Shown here: positions 39,634 through 47,926 of the stretch, in pieces
Layout of the letters: each line of letters begins with the position of its first letter
Position numbering within the stretch: the first letter of the stretch is position 1
Source of the DNA: Chitinophaga pinensis
GTDB taxonomy: Bacteria > Bacteroidota > Bacteroidia > UKL13-3
Assembly: GCA_945860865.1 (NCBI GenBank)
Contig: CAMARW010000001.1
Coordinates: 336,294-400,293, forward strand
Direction of reading: 5' to 3'
DNA length: 64,000 nt
Translations under genes and position numbers: made by a program
The notes under the pieces: model-generated
The model's input: only the letters and a program-made list of their open reading frames with translations
Databases searched by the model: none
Told to the model about the DNA's origin: nothing

Positions 39634-41280
39634 ATGAAAAATCAAACTAATTGGAAACTGTATAAAAGCATTTCGTTTTGTTGGATAATGCTATGCCTAT
39701 TTGCTTGTAAAACCAAAGAAAAAGCTCAATTTTTGGTTGTAGGAAACCTGTTGAGTGTTACAGATAGTTTGTTGCCTCATGAAGCCATGGTTATTAAAGA
39801 TGGTAAAGTGGCGGCCCTTGGTTCGGCCAAAGATTTACTACAGCAGTTTGAAGTAGATTCTCAATTACATTTTGATGGTAAATTTATTTATCCTGGATTA
39901 ATAGATGCCCATTGTCATTTTTACGGATTAGGTATGTTTGCGCAAAGAGTAGATTTAAGCGGAACCCAATCTTTTGAAGAAGTAGTAGCGCGCTGCCAAG
40001 CTTTTGTGGGGAGTTCGCCACGCAGTTTTTTATTGGGTAGGGGTTGGGATCAAACCAAATGGCTTAGCAAAGAATTTCCTAGCAATGCGTTATTAAATGC
40101 CGCCTTTCCAGATTATCCGGTATTGCTCAAACGCGTAGATGGTCATGCCGCTATAGCCAATGATGTTGCCTTGAAAATGGCAAATATAACCACTAGCAGC
40201 AAGGTTTCTGGCGGTTCATTTTTGCAGATAAATGGAAAGCTAAGTGGCGTATTAATTGATAATGCGGTAGATTTAGTCGAGGCTATTTTGCCAAAGCCAA
40301 CCAATAATGAAATTAGTGCTGCGCTCTTGCATGCGCAAGATTTATGTTTGGACTACGGACTAACCGCGGTAACCGATGCAGGTTTAGATACAGAAATTAT
40401 TTGGCTAATAGATTCATTGCAACAAGCGGGTAGTTTAAAGATTAAAATAAATGCCATGGTAAGTTTAACAGACGATAATTTGGCTTACTGGCTGAACCGA
40501 GGTGTTTTTAATAGCGATAGATTGCAGGTTAATAGTTTTAAAATGTATGGCGATGGTGCGCTTGGTTCTAGGGGTGCTTGCTTATTAAAACATTACCACG
40601 ATAAACCCGATGAACAAGGATTTCTACTAACGCAATTGCCGGCTATGGAGCGTTATATTAGGAAAATTGCTGCTTCTCCTTTTCAATTAAATACGCATGC
40701 GATTGGCGATTCTACCAACAGAATATTGTTAAATTTGTATAAATCTGCCTTGGAGGGCAAGCCCGATAGGCGCTGGCGAATAGAACATGCCCAAGTGGTA
40801 GATATGACCGATTTTAATTTATTTAAAGAAGCCAATGTGATTCCTTCTGTGCAACCAACGCATGCAACCAGTGATATGTATTGGGCGCAAGAGCGGTTGG
40901 GTTTGGAGCGCATGAAAGGAGCGTATGCCTACCAAACTTTATTACAACAAAATGGCTGGATACCATTGGGTACAGATTTTCCGGTAGAGCAAGTTTCTCC
41001 GTTCTTTACTTTTTTTGCCGCTGTTGCCAGAACAGATGCAAACAATTTTCCTGCGGGTGGTTTTATGAAAGAAGAGGCCTTAACGCGCGAGCAAGCTATC
41101 AAAGGCATGACCTATTGGGCAGCAAAAGCGGCCTTTCAAGAAAAAAGTATGGGAACTTTAACAATTGGTTCGGCAGCAGATTTTGTAGTGCTTGAACAAT
41201 CTTTCGCCTCAGGCAATTTACACCAAATTAGAAACCAGAAAGCACTTTTTACTTTCATTAATGGCGCGCAAGTAAAATAA
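39634..41280 (+). CDS. amidohydrolase family (Amidohydro_3 / YtcJ-like) metal-dependent hydrolase with a lipoprotein-type signal
   Basis: 'GLIDAHCHFYGLG' metal-binding motif and later 'HAIGD' and 'DFPVE' motifs. The N-terminal hydrophobic segment has 'LFAC'. Confidence 0.75.
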   Translation: MKNQTNWKLYKSISFCWIMLCLFACKTKEKAQFLVVGNLLSVTDSLLPHEAMVIKDGKVAALGSAKDLLQQFEVDSQLHFDGKFIYPGLIDAHCHFYGLGMFAQRVDLSGTQSFEEVVARCQAFVGSSPRSFLLGRGWDQTKWLSKEFPSNALLNAAFPDYPVLLKRVDGHAAIANDVALKMANITTSSKVSGGSFLQINGKLSGVLIDNAVDLVEAILPKPTNNEISAALLHAQDLCLDYGLTAVTDAGLDTEIIWLIDSLQQAGSLKIKINAMVSLTDDNLAYWLNRGVFNSDRLQVNSFKMYGDGALGSRGACLLKHYHDKPDEQGFLLTQLPAMERYIRKIAASPFQLNTHAIGDSTNRILLNLYKSALEGKPDRRWRIEHAQVVDMTDFNLFKEANVIPSVQPTHATSDMYWAQERLGLERMKGAYAYQTLLQQNGWIPLGTDFPVEQVSPFFTFFAAVARTDANNFPAGGFMKEEALTREQAIKGMTYWAAKAAFQEKSMGTLTIGSAADFVVLEQSFASGNLHQIRNQKALFTFINGAQVK

Positions 41281-41366
41281 AACCTTCTGATTGCTTGCTA
41301 GTTAATCTTGCAATAAATAATTTGTTTTAACATTAAATGTATATACATATAAATTTGTGTCTGTAA

Positions 41367-41822
41367 ATGATACTAGAAAAAGCCATACAACAAACTAAAT
41401 TTAAGAACGCAAATCATAAGGTAATTCTGAATTTGGTTTACACTGCCGGTTTGGTTCAGGCCGAGCAGGCTAGGTTTTTTAAGCAGTATGATCTATCGCC
41501 ACAACAATACAATGTATTGCGCATCTTAAGAGGTCAGCATCCTAATCCGGTTTGTGTAGGTTTGGTTCAGGAAAGAATGTTAGATCAAATGAGTAACGCT
41601 TCTCGATTGATAGAGAAATTAAAGTTGAAAAATTTACTTACACGTAAAGAATGCAAAGAGGATAGAAGGCAAGTAGATGTAGCGATAACTAAAGACGGAC
41701 TTGATTTGTTAACTGAGATAGATAAAGAGTTCGACAAATTTGAGGCCTATATTAATTGCTTAGATACCCAAGAGGCAAGCGAGTTAAATGCCTTATTAGA
41801 TAAATTAGCCAACCAATTTTAA
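41367..41822 (+). CDS. MarR family transcriptional regulator
   Basis: Winged-helix region 'LSPQQYNVLRILRG...' in a 151-aa protein. Confidence 0.7.
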   Translation: MILEKAIQQTKFKNANHKVILNLVYTAGLVQAEQARFFKQYDLSPQQYNVLRILRGQHPNPVCVGLVQERMLDQMSNASRLIEKLKLKNLLTRKECKEDRRQVDVAITKDGLDLLTEIDKEFDKFEAYINCLDTQEASELNALLDKLANQF

Positions 41823-41843
41823 AACAAAATAAATAAAAAAAAC

Positions 41844-42458
41844 ATGAAAAATTTGATCTTATCATTAGCCATTGCAGGTCTGGGTTTATCTGCAAATGCT
41901 ACAAGTCCGGCTCCTAAAGCCGCAACAGTTTTTAACGTAGATGCAGCCGCTTCTACTTTTAAATGGCATGCAACCAAAGTAACTGGTCAGCATTACGGTG
42001 TAGCTAAGTTCTCTAAAGGTACCATTACTACTGATGGCAAATCGCTAAAGGCAGCAGAAATTATTGTAGACATGAACACCATTGATGCAACAGATTTAAC
42101 AGGTGAATACCATGATAAATTGGTTGGTCATTTAAAAGGTGATGATTTCTTCTCGGTAGAAAAGCATGGTGCAGCTGTTATTAAAGTAAAATCTGCTACT
42201 GCCATTAAGCCTAGTAAAACTTCTGCAAATAACTATAGTGTTGTTGCCGATTTAACTATCAAAGGTATTACACAAGAAGTTACTTTTCCTGCCTTGGTTG
42301 TAATCTCAGACAAGCAAGTAGTAGTAAATGCAGATTTCATGGTAAACCGTGCTAAATTTGATATCCGTTACGGTTCTAGCAGCTTTTTTGAAGGCTTAGG
42401 CGATAAAGCCATTGCTGATGAATTTAACGTAAAAGTGCGCGTAGTAGCTGCTAAATAA
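41844..42458 (+). CDS. YceI family periplasmic polyisoprenoid-binding protein
   Basis: Signal peptide and YceI-like motifs 'STFKWHATKVTGQHYG' and 'GHLKGDDFF'. Confidence 0.75.
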   Translation: MKNLILSLAIAGLGLSANATSPAPKAATVFNVDAAASTFKWHATKVTGQHYGVAKFSKGTITTDGKSLKAAEIIVDMNTIDATDLTGEYHDKLVGHLKGDDFFSVEKHGAAVIKVKSATAIKPSKTSANNYSVVADLTIKGITQEVTFPALVVISDKQVVVNADFMVNRAKFDIRYGSSSFFEGLGDKAIADEFNVKVRVVAAK

Positions 42459-42482
42459 ATAATTAAAAACAATTAATAAAAA

Positions 42483-42516
42483 ACGCCCGGTGTAATACTA
42501 CATCGGGCGTTTTTTG
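42483..42516. terminator. bidirectional rho-independent terminator between convergent yceI-like and desaturase genes
   Basis: Hairpin ACGCCCGGTG...CATCGGGCGT flanked by an A-tract upstream and a T-tract downstream. Confidence 0.7.
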
Positions 42517-42558
42517 TTAGTTTATAGGTTAAACTAAAACATTTAATTTCTTAAATTA

Positions 42559-43635
42559 CTAAGCAGCTGAACCAATATTTTTTAAGTGTAATAAATGTGA
42601 TCTTAATGCACTTGCTACCGATGGGAATTCATTGTAATTGATATTAAATTCTTTACAGGTATTTATTAAAATTTTATTGAGTTCTGGGTAGTGTACATGA
42701 CTAATTTTAGGGAATAAATGATGTTCTACTTGGAAATTTAAACCACCCAATAACCAGCTTACTGTTTTGTTTTTAGTAGCAAAATTAAAGGTGGTGTTTA
42801 ATTGATGCACGGCCCATTCTGTTTCAATTTTAGTGTCTTGGCCATGCGTATCTATGAATGGCGCTTCTTCTACCACGTGTGCTAATTGAAACACCACTGC
42901 AATCACTATTCCGGTTACAAAAACTATTACCGTGTAACCAATAAGGGTGTTTATTACACCTGCAAAAAAGAATGGAAGGATTAAAAATAAACCTACATAC
43001 CCAATTTTAGTTAACCAAAAGGCGATATGCTCTGAGGATTTCATTTTACGGATAGGCGTAAAGTCTGAAATTTTACCTGAGAAATACTTTTTAAAATCGT
43101 TTAAAAAAATCCAGAATAAATAGGTCATGCCATACAATAACAGACTATAAATATGCTGAAAACGGTTGAACCAATATCCCTTTTGATCGCGGTGAACACG
43201 AATAAATGGTTTGATGTCTATGTCATCATCCATACCTTCGATGTTGGTATACGAATGGTGATTTATATTGTGTTTAAGTTTCCACATAAAGCTAGAGCCA
43301 CCTAACATATTGAGTGAGTAGCTCATCATATCGTTCACCCATTTTTTAGAGCTGTAACTTCCATGTGCGCCATCATGCATTATATTAAAACCAATGGCGG
43401 CCATATCTAAGCCCATTATGGCGCAAATTCCCAAACTAATCCAATTAGATGCTGGCGTAAAAAACACCAAAACAGTATAGCATGCCACCAAGATGCTAAG
43501 TAGAACAGCTGTTTTAAAATATAGCTGAAAATTGCCGGTATAGTTTATTTTTTTTTCTTGAAAATAATGATCTACACGGTTACGCAAAGTGTTAAAAAAT
43601 AATGCGTTACTATTGTTAAATTTTATTTTTGTCAT
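42559..43635 (-). CDS. membrane fatty acid desaturase
   Basis: Three His boxes ('HDGAHGS', 'HNINHH', 'QVEHHLFP') and multiple TM helices. Confidence 0.8.
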   Translation of the reverse strand: MTKIKFNNSNALFFNTLRNRVDHYFQEKKINYTGNFQLYFKTAVLLSILVACYTVLVFFTPASNWISLGICAIMGLDMAAIGFNIMHDGAHGSYSSKKWVNDMMSYSLNMLGGSSFMWKLKHNINHHSYTNIEGMDDDIDIKPFIRVHRDQKGYWFNRFQHIYSLLLYGMTYLFWIFLNDFKKYFSGKISDFTPIRKMKSSEHIAFWLTKIGYVGLFLILPFFFAGVINTLIGYTVIVFVTGIVIAVVFQLAHVVEEAPFIDTHGQDTKIETEWAVHQLNTTFNFATKNKTVSWLLGGLNFQVEHHLFPKISHVHYPELNKILINTCKEFNINYNEFPSVASALRSHLLHLKNIGSAA

Positions 43636-43731
43636 GGTAATTTAAATACTGGCGTGCAAGATATTTAATTCTTAGAGATTCTGAACTGATTAGAATTAGG
43701 TTTTAAAAATATTACACAAATATGCCATTTT

Positions 43732-44055
43732 TTGCGCATCTTCGAAGTCAAATTTGTGCGGCAAGTGAGATTTCAAGATGAACAAAGTATTAAGGATTTA
43801 ATCAATCAATTGGTAGATCAAAATAAGTTAAAGCCCAAATTATTGGAAGCAAAACTCATAGCCGAGTGGCCGCGAATTATAGGCGAGCCCATTGCCAAAT
43901 ACACAGAAAAAATTCAGATATACAAAGGCAAAGTAACGCTAACCATTAGTTCTCCTGCCCTTAGAAATGAATTAAACTACCAGCGAAAAGCATTGGCAGA
44001 TTTAATTAACAAAGAATTAAATTGCGATTTTATAGAGGATGTGGTGATAAGGTAG
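43732..44055 (+). CDS. DUF721 domain protein
   Basis: About 100 aa with 'LIAEWPRIIGEPIAKYTEKIQIYKGKVTLTISSPALRNEL', the DUF721 pattern. The mapped start is a TTG and the true start is probably a little downstream. Confidence 0.6.
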   Translation: MRIFEVKFVRQVRFQDEQSIKDLINQLVDQNKLKPKLLEAKLIAEWPRIIGEPIAKYTEKIQIYKGKVTLTISSPALRNELNYQRKALADLINKELNCDFIEDVVIR

Positions 44056-44211
44056 GTTTAATTTTGCGGTCCATCCTTCTTAAGTATATTTTTAACTTAA
44101 TCCGAGTTTAGTATTAAAATACAAGATTCTGCTTTTTGAGATCGGGTATTTTAGGAAGGTAAAGTTGGAATACCTAAAAATGCTTTTATTTGCAATATAA
44201 ATAGCAATAAA

Positions 44212-45900
44212 ATGGCCAAGCAATTAATAGAATGTGTTCCCAATTTTAGTGAGGGAAATGATTTGCAAATTATTAAGCAAATTACAGATGTGATAGAAAG
44301 TGTAGAAGGGGTAATGTTGTTAGATGTAGACCCAGGAAAAGCCACCAATAGAACCGTGGTAACTTTTGTGGGAGAGCCCAAGGCCGTTATTGAAGCGGCT
44401 TATTTGGCCATTAAAAAGGCCTCAGAAATTATTGATATGCGCAAACACAAAGGCGAGCATCCACGCATGGGCGCTACCGATGTTTGTCCACTTATCCCAG
44501 TTAGTGGCATTAGCATGGAAGAAACAGCAGCTTATGCTGTTAATCTGGCGCAGAGGGTTGGTTCAGACCTGCAGATACCTGTTTATTTATACGAATATGC
44601 ACAGCCAAATGCAGCGCGAAATAACCTTTCTATTATACGCGGTGGTGAGTATGAGGGCTTTTTTGATAAGGTAAAATTACCTGAGTGGAAACCCGATTTT
44701 GGTCCGGCTATAATGAATGAGCGCGCGGGTGCTACTGTTATTGGTGCACGCGATTTCTTGATTGCTTATAATGTAAATCTCAATACAAAATCGGTTCGCT
44801 TAGCCAACTCTGTGGCTTTTGATGTACGCGAGGCTGGTAGGGTAAAGAGAGAAGGAAACCCAATAACCGGTAAAGTGGTGAAAGATGCCGAAGGGAATGA
44901 TGTGCGCATACCGGGAACCCTAAAGGCTTGCAAGGCCATTGGTTGGTATATAGAAGAGTATGGTATTGCACAAATTAGCATGAACCTTACCAATTATAAA
45001 ATTACATCGGTACACATGGCCTTTGATGAGGTTTGTAAAAGTGCCGAGCGCCGCGGCATGCGCGTAACAGGTTCTGAGTTGGTGGGATTAATTCCTTTAG
45101 ATGCCATGCTAGCGGCTGGTAGGCATTACCTGCAAAAACAAAACCGTTCGTTGGGTGTAAGCGAAGCAGAATTGATAGAAATAGCCATAAAATCTTTGGG
45201 CTTAAATGAGCTTACGCCATTCGACCCACAGCAAAAAATCATTGAATACAAGCTACAACAAGCTTCGCAAGCGCGCTTAATAAAAATGAACTTGGTAGCT
45301 TTCGCCAACGAAACTGCCAGTGAAAGTCCGGCCCCAGGAGGCGGTTCTATTAGCGCCTACGTAGGCAGTTTAGGTGTTGCTTTGGGCACTATGGTGGCCA
45401 ATTTAAGTGCAGGCAAAAGAGGTTGGGAAGACCAATTTACTTTCTTTAGCGATTGGGCTCAAAAAGGTCAGGCTATAAAAGATAAATTGCTTGCAGCAGT
45501 GGATGAAGATACCGCTGCATTTAATAAAATTATGGAGGCATTTGGTTTGCCAAAAAATACCGCAGAAGAAAAGTTGGTTCGAACCGAAGCCATTGAAAAT
45601 GCTACCAAATACGCCTGTGAAGTACCTTTTGCCGTAATGCAAACATCCTATGATTCTTTGGAAATGCTTAGCCTAATGGTAGAAAAAGGCAATCAAAATT
45701 CTATTACAGATGCAGGGGTTGGCGTATTGTGCGTTAAAACAGCTGTACGTGGTGCGTATTTTAATGTAATGATAAACGCTAAAGGATTAAAAGACCAGGC
45801 TTTTGCCCAAGAAATTACCCATAGAGCAAAAGCTTTATTGGCAAAAAATCACCAAGAATCTGATAGAATTTTGGCCTTGGTAGAAGCGGCTTTAGTATAA
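44212..45900 (+). CDS. ftcD: bifunctional glutamate formimidoyltransferase / formimidoyltetrahydrofolate cyclodeaminase
   Basis: N-terminal 'IECVPNFSEGND' formiminotransferase motif and a C-terminal cyclodeaminase domain. 562 aa. Confidence 0.85.
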   Translation: MAKQLIECVPNFSEGNDLQIIKQITDVIESVEGVMLLDVDPGKATNRTVVTFVGEPKAVIEAAYLAIKKASEIIDMRKHKGEHPRMGATDVCPLIPVSGISMEETAAYAVNLAQRVGSDLQIPVYLYEYAQPNAARNNLSIIRGGEYEGFFDKVKLPEWKPDFGPAIMNERAGATVIGARDFLIAYNVNLNTKSVRLANSVAFDVREAGRVKREGNPITGKVVKDAEGNDVRIPGTLKACKAIGWYIEEYGIAQISMNLTNYKITSVHMAFDEVCKSAERRGMRVTGSELVGLIPLDAMLAAGRHYLQKQNRSLGVSEAELIEIAIKSLGLNELTPFDPQQKIIEYKLQQASQARLIKMNLVAFANETASESPAPGGGSISAYVGSLGVALGTMVANLSAGKRGWEDQFTFFSDWAQKGQAIKDKLLAAVDEDTAAFNKIMEAFGLPKNTAEEKLVRTEAIENATKYACEVPFAVMQTSYDSLEMLSLMVEKGNQNSITDAGVGVLCVKTAVRGAYFNVMINAKGLKDQAFAQEITHRAKALLAKNHQESDRILALVEAALV

Positions 45901-45919
45901 TTTTTTTTGGTTTTAACCT

Positions 45920-46246
45920 ATGAAAACTATCGTAAAAAAAGCCATTGGATTGATATTAATGATTGCCGCGCCCCTTATAAGTGGGCGGGCATTTTATGAA
46001 TATGTTTCTATTAAGTTTTTAAACCAGAAGCCAAGTTTTCCGTTTGGTAAATCAATTATGGAAAGCACCCAAGTAAGTGATATTGCCTACTTGGCCAATT
46101 ATGAAAATCAGTTACTAACCATAGGATTTATTTTTTTAGGCGTGGCCGCATTGGCTTATGTAAGCATGCTCATTCGCGCTTTTATAAACTTAGTTTGGCT
46201 GGCTTTGCTAATTGGAGTAGGGTTTTACTTGAGTAAGATGATCTAA
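45920..46246 (+). CDS. hypothetical small membrane protein
   Basis: 108 aa with 3 predicted TM segments. No recognisable motifs. Confidence 0.4.
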   Translation: MKTIVKKAIGLILMIAAPLISGRAFYEYVSIKFLNQKPSFPFGKSIMESTQVSDIAYLANYENQLLTIGFIFLGVAALAYVSMLIRAFINLVWLALLIGVGFYLSKMI

Positions 46247-46369
46247 TTTTGGTATAAATATGACCAATTTAATTTAGTATAAATCTAAATTAAAACGATT
46301 TCAAACCATTCTCTATTAAAGTGTTTATAAGCATATAAATTCGTTGCAGCAATAAATTAATTAAACACC

Positions 46370-46747
46370 ATGAATAGAAAGAACTTTTTAAAATCGATGG
46401 CGCTAGGCGCAGCCTCAACCAGTATTTTAGTAGCAGCTTGTGGCGGTGATGCGCCAAAAACAGAAACTACCACTGCACCAGTAGAAACACCTGAAGAGGT
46501 TCCAGCAGAAACTGCACCAGCTGCCACAGCAGATTGTAACGATTTAAGCGGATTAACAGAAGCTGAAATCAAACAAAGAGAAGCAGTTGCTTATGTTACT
46601 GTTTCTACAGATGCCGAAAAAAATTGCGGAAATTGCCGTTTTATGCAAGAAGGTACCCAAGCAAATGGTTGCAACGGTTGTCAATTATTTAAAGGTCCAG
46701 TTGTACCAGAAGGAAATTGTAAATCTTGGTTTAAGAAGGACGCTTAA
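46370..46747 (+). CDS. HiPIP-like high-potential iron-sulfur protein with a Tat-like/lipoprotein signal
   Basis: C-terminal four-Cys pattern 'CGNCRF...GCNGCQLF...GNCKSWF', as in HiPIP [4Fe-4S] ligation. The N-terminus 'NRKNFLKSMALGAASTSILVAAC' has a Tat-like motif (RK variant) and a lipobox. A Thr/Pro/Glu/Ala-rich linker separates the two. Confidence 0.6.
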   Translation: MNRKNFLKSMALGAASTSILVAACGGDAPKTETTTAPVETPEEVPAETAPAATADCNDLSGLTEAEIKQREAVAYVTVSTDAEKNCGNCRFMQEGTQANGCNGCQLFKGPVVPEGNCKSWFKKDA

Positions 46748-46851
46748 AGCTTCTAGCATCTAGCTTTTTCCTTAGTAGAATGATTTTGGTCGATAGACCA
46801 TAGACCATAGACCATAGTTTTTGGGTTTTTAGACCATTGGTCTATTTATAA

Positions 46852-46889
46852 AAGAGGGGATAGTACTTTGCATTATCCCCTCTTTTTTT
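46852..46889 (+). terminator. rho-independent terminator
   Basis: Hairpin AGAGGGGATA-gtactttgcat-TATCCCCTCT followed by TTTTTTT. Confidence 0.65.
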
Positions 46890-46922
46890 GGCCTGGCGGA
46901 AGCTGCCTCTTGCAGCCGGCCT

Positions 46923-47164
46923 CTAACGAATTTATTCGTGACAATACTCCTACCCGCCGCAGGCAAAGTTAATTCGTGCATCCGTGGCAATACTATTCGT
47001 GCATTCGTGGCAAAAATTTATTCGTGACAATACTCCTGCCCGCCGCAGGCAAAATTAATTCGTGCATCCGTGGCAATACTATTCGTGACAATACTCCTAC
47101 CCGCCGCAGGCAAAATTAATTCGTGCATCCGTGGCGATACTATTCGTGCATTCGTGGCAATACC
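46923..47164. repeat. intergenic tandem repeat array: three copies of a ~61-nt unit plus two partial copies
   Basis: Unit 'ATTCGTGACAATACTCCT(A/G)CCCGCCGCAGGCAAA(G/A)TTAATTCGTGCATCCGTGGC(A/G)ATACT' at 46923, 47010 and 47071. A 'ATTCGTGCATTCGTGGCAA' partial follows copies 1 and 3. Confidence 0.85.
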
Positions 47165-47187
47165 CTGCCGTTGGTTTAATACTGAAT

Positions 47188-47841
47188 TTATTTTGCAGCT
47201 ACGGGCTTACTAACGGTTACAAACTGCGGGTAAAAAATATCCATGGCCGTGAACAAAAACAGTATATTATAGAGATACGGTTTGATAGATTTAGTCCTAT
47301 TAATGCCTTTGTGAAGAATAATTTCGAACCCCAAATCGCGATACATTCTTTGAATGCTTTTAGAAGTGAAAAAACGCAGGTGAGTAAAATCTAAGATGCC
47401 CGATTCTTGGTATTTGAAATCCTGCTTACACACAATTTCGATAAGCGCCTTATGATACCTAATATTGGGAATAGAACTTATGATTACCCCCGTTGGCTTA
47501 AGTTTAGATTGGAGCATTTTTAAAACCTCATTGGGGTTGCTTAAATGTTCTAAAACATCGTTTAAATAAATAGCATCAAAATAGTGGTTTGGCAGTTGCA
47601 GAATAAGCTTTTCGCAAGGGCCTACCAATACTTTATGCATAATTTCTGCGGCTTTTTCAGCTTCAGATTCCATCAATTCAATGCCCCAAGTTTCTAAGCC
47701 ATATTGGTCTTTAAGCACTGCCGATAATGCACCATTTCCACAGCCAATATCTAGCACCGTTTGGATGTTAGCTGGCAAAAAATCTAACATTTCTTTTCGG
47801 TATGCTTGGTAATAACCTGCTGGTTTATTTTCGTAATTCAT
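47188..47841 (-). CDS. class I SAM-dependent methyltransferase
   Basis: Motif I 'VLDIGCGNGALSAVL' and acidic motif 'DAIYLNDVLEH'. The start was placed at the ATG at 47841 ('MNYENKP'). The ORF track extends to 47910. Confidence 0.7.
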   Translation of the reverse strand: MNYENKPAGYYQAYRKEMLDFLPANIQTVLDIGCGNGALSAVLKDQYGLETWGIELMESEAEKAAEIMHKVLVGPCEKLILQLPNHYFDAIYLNDVLEHLSNPNEVLKMLQSKLKPTGVIISSIPNIRYHKALIEIVCKQDFKYQESGILDFTHLRFFTSKSIQRMYRDLGFEIILHKGINRTKSIKPYLYNILFLFTAMDIFYPQFVTVSKPVAAK

Positions 47842-47926
47842 GTTGTTTTTTTGTTTAAACTTAAAATCGAAACTATACAATTTTTGCAAAAAAAGAAAGT
47901 TTGCCAACAATCCTTATCTTGCAGCC

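Noticed and set aside
46923-47164. Possibility that the 61-nt repeat array is a CRISPR array
   Set aside because: The repeats are directly adjacent with no unique spacers, the unit is about 61 nt rather than 28-37 nt with spacers, and there are no cas genes in the window.
47131-47394. 87-aa plus-strand ORF overlapping the repeat array and the methyltransferase 3' end
   Set aside because: It starts inside the repeat array and runs antisense to a methyltransferase gene that has clear SAM-binding motifs. It is most likely spurious.
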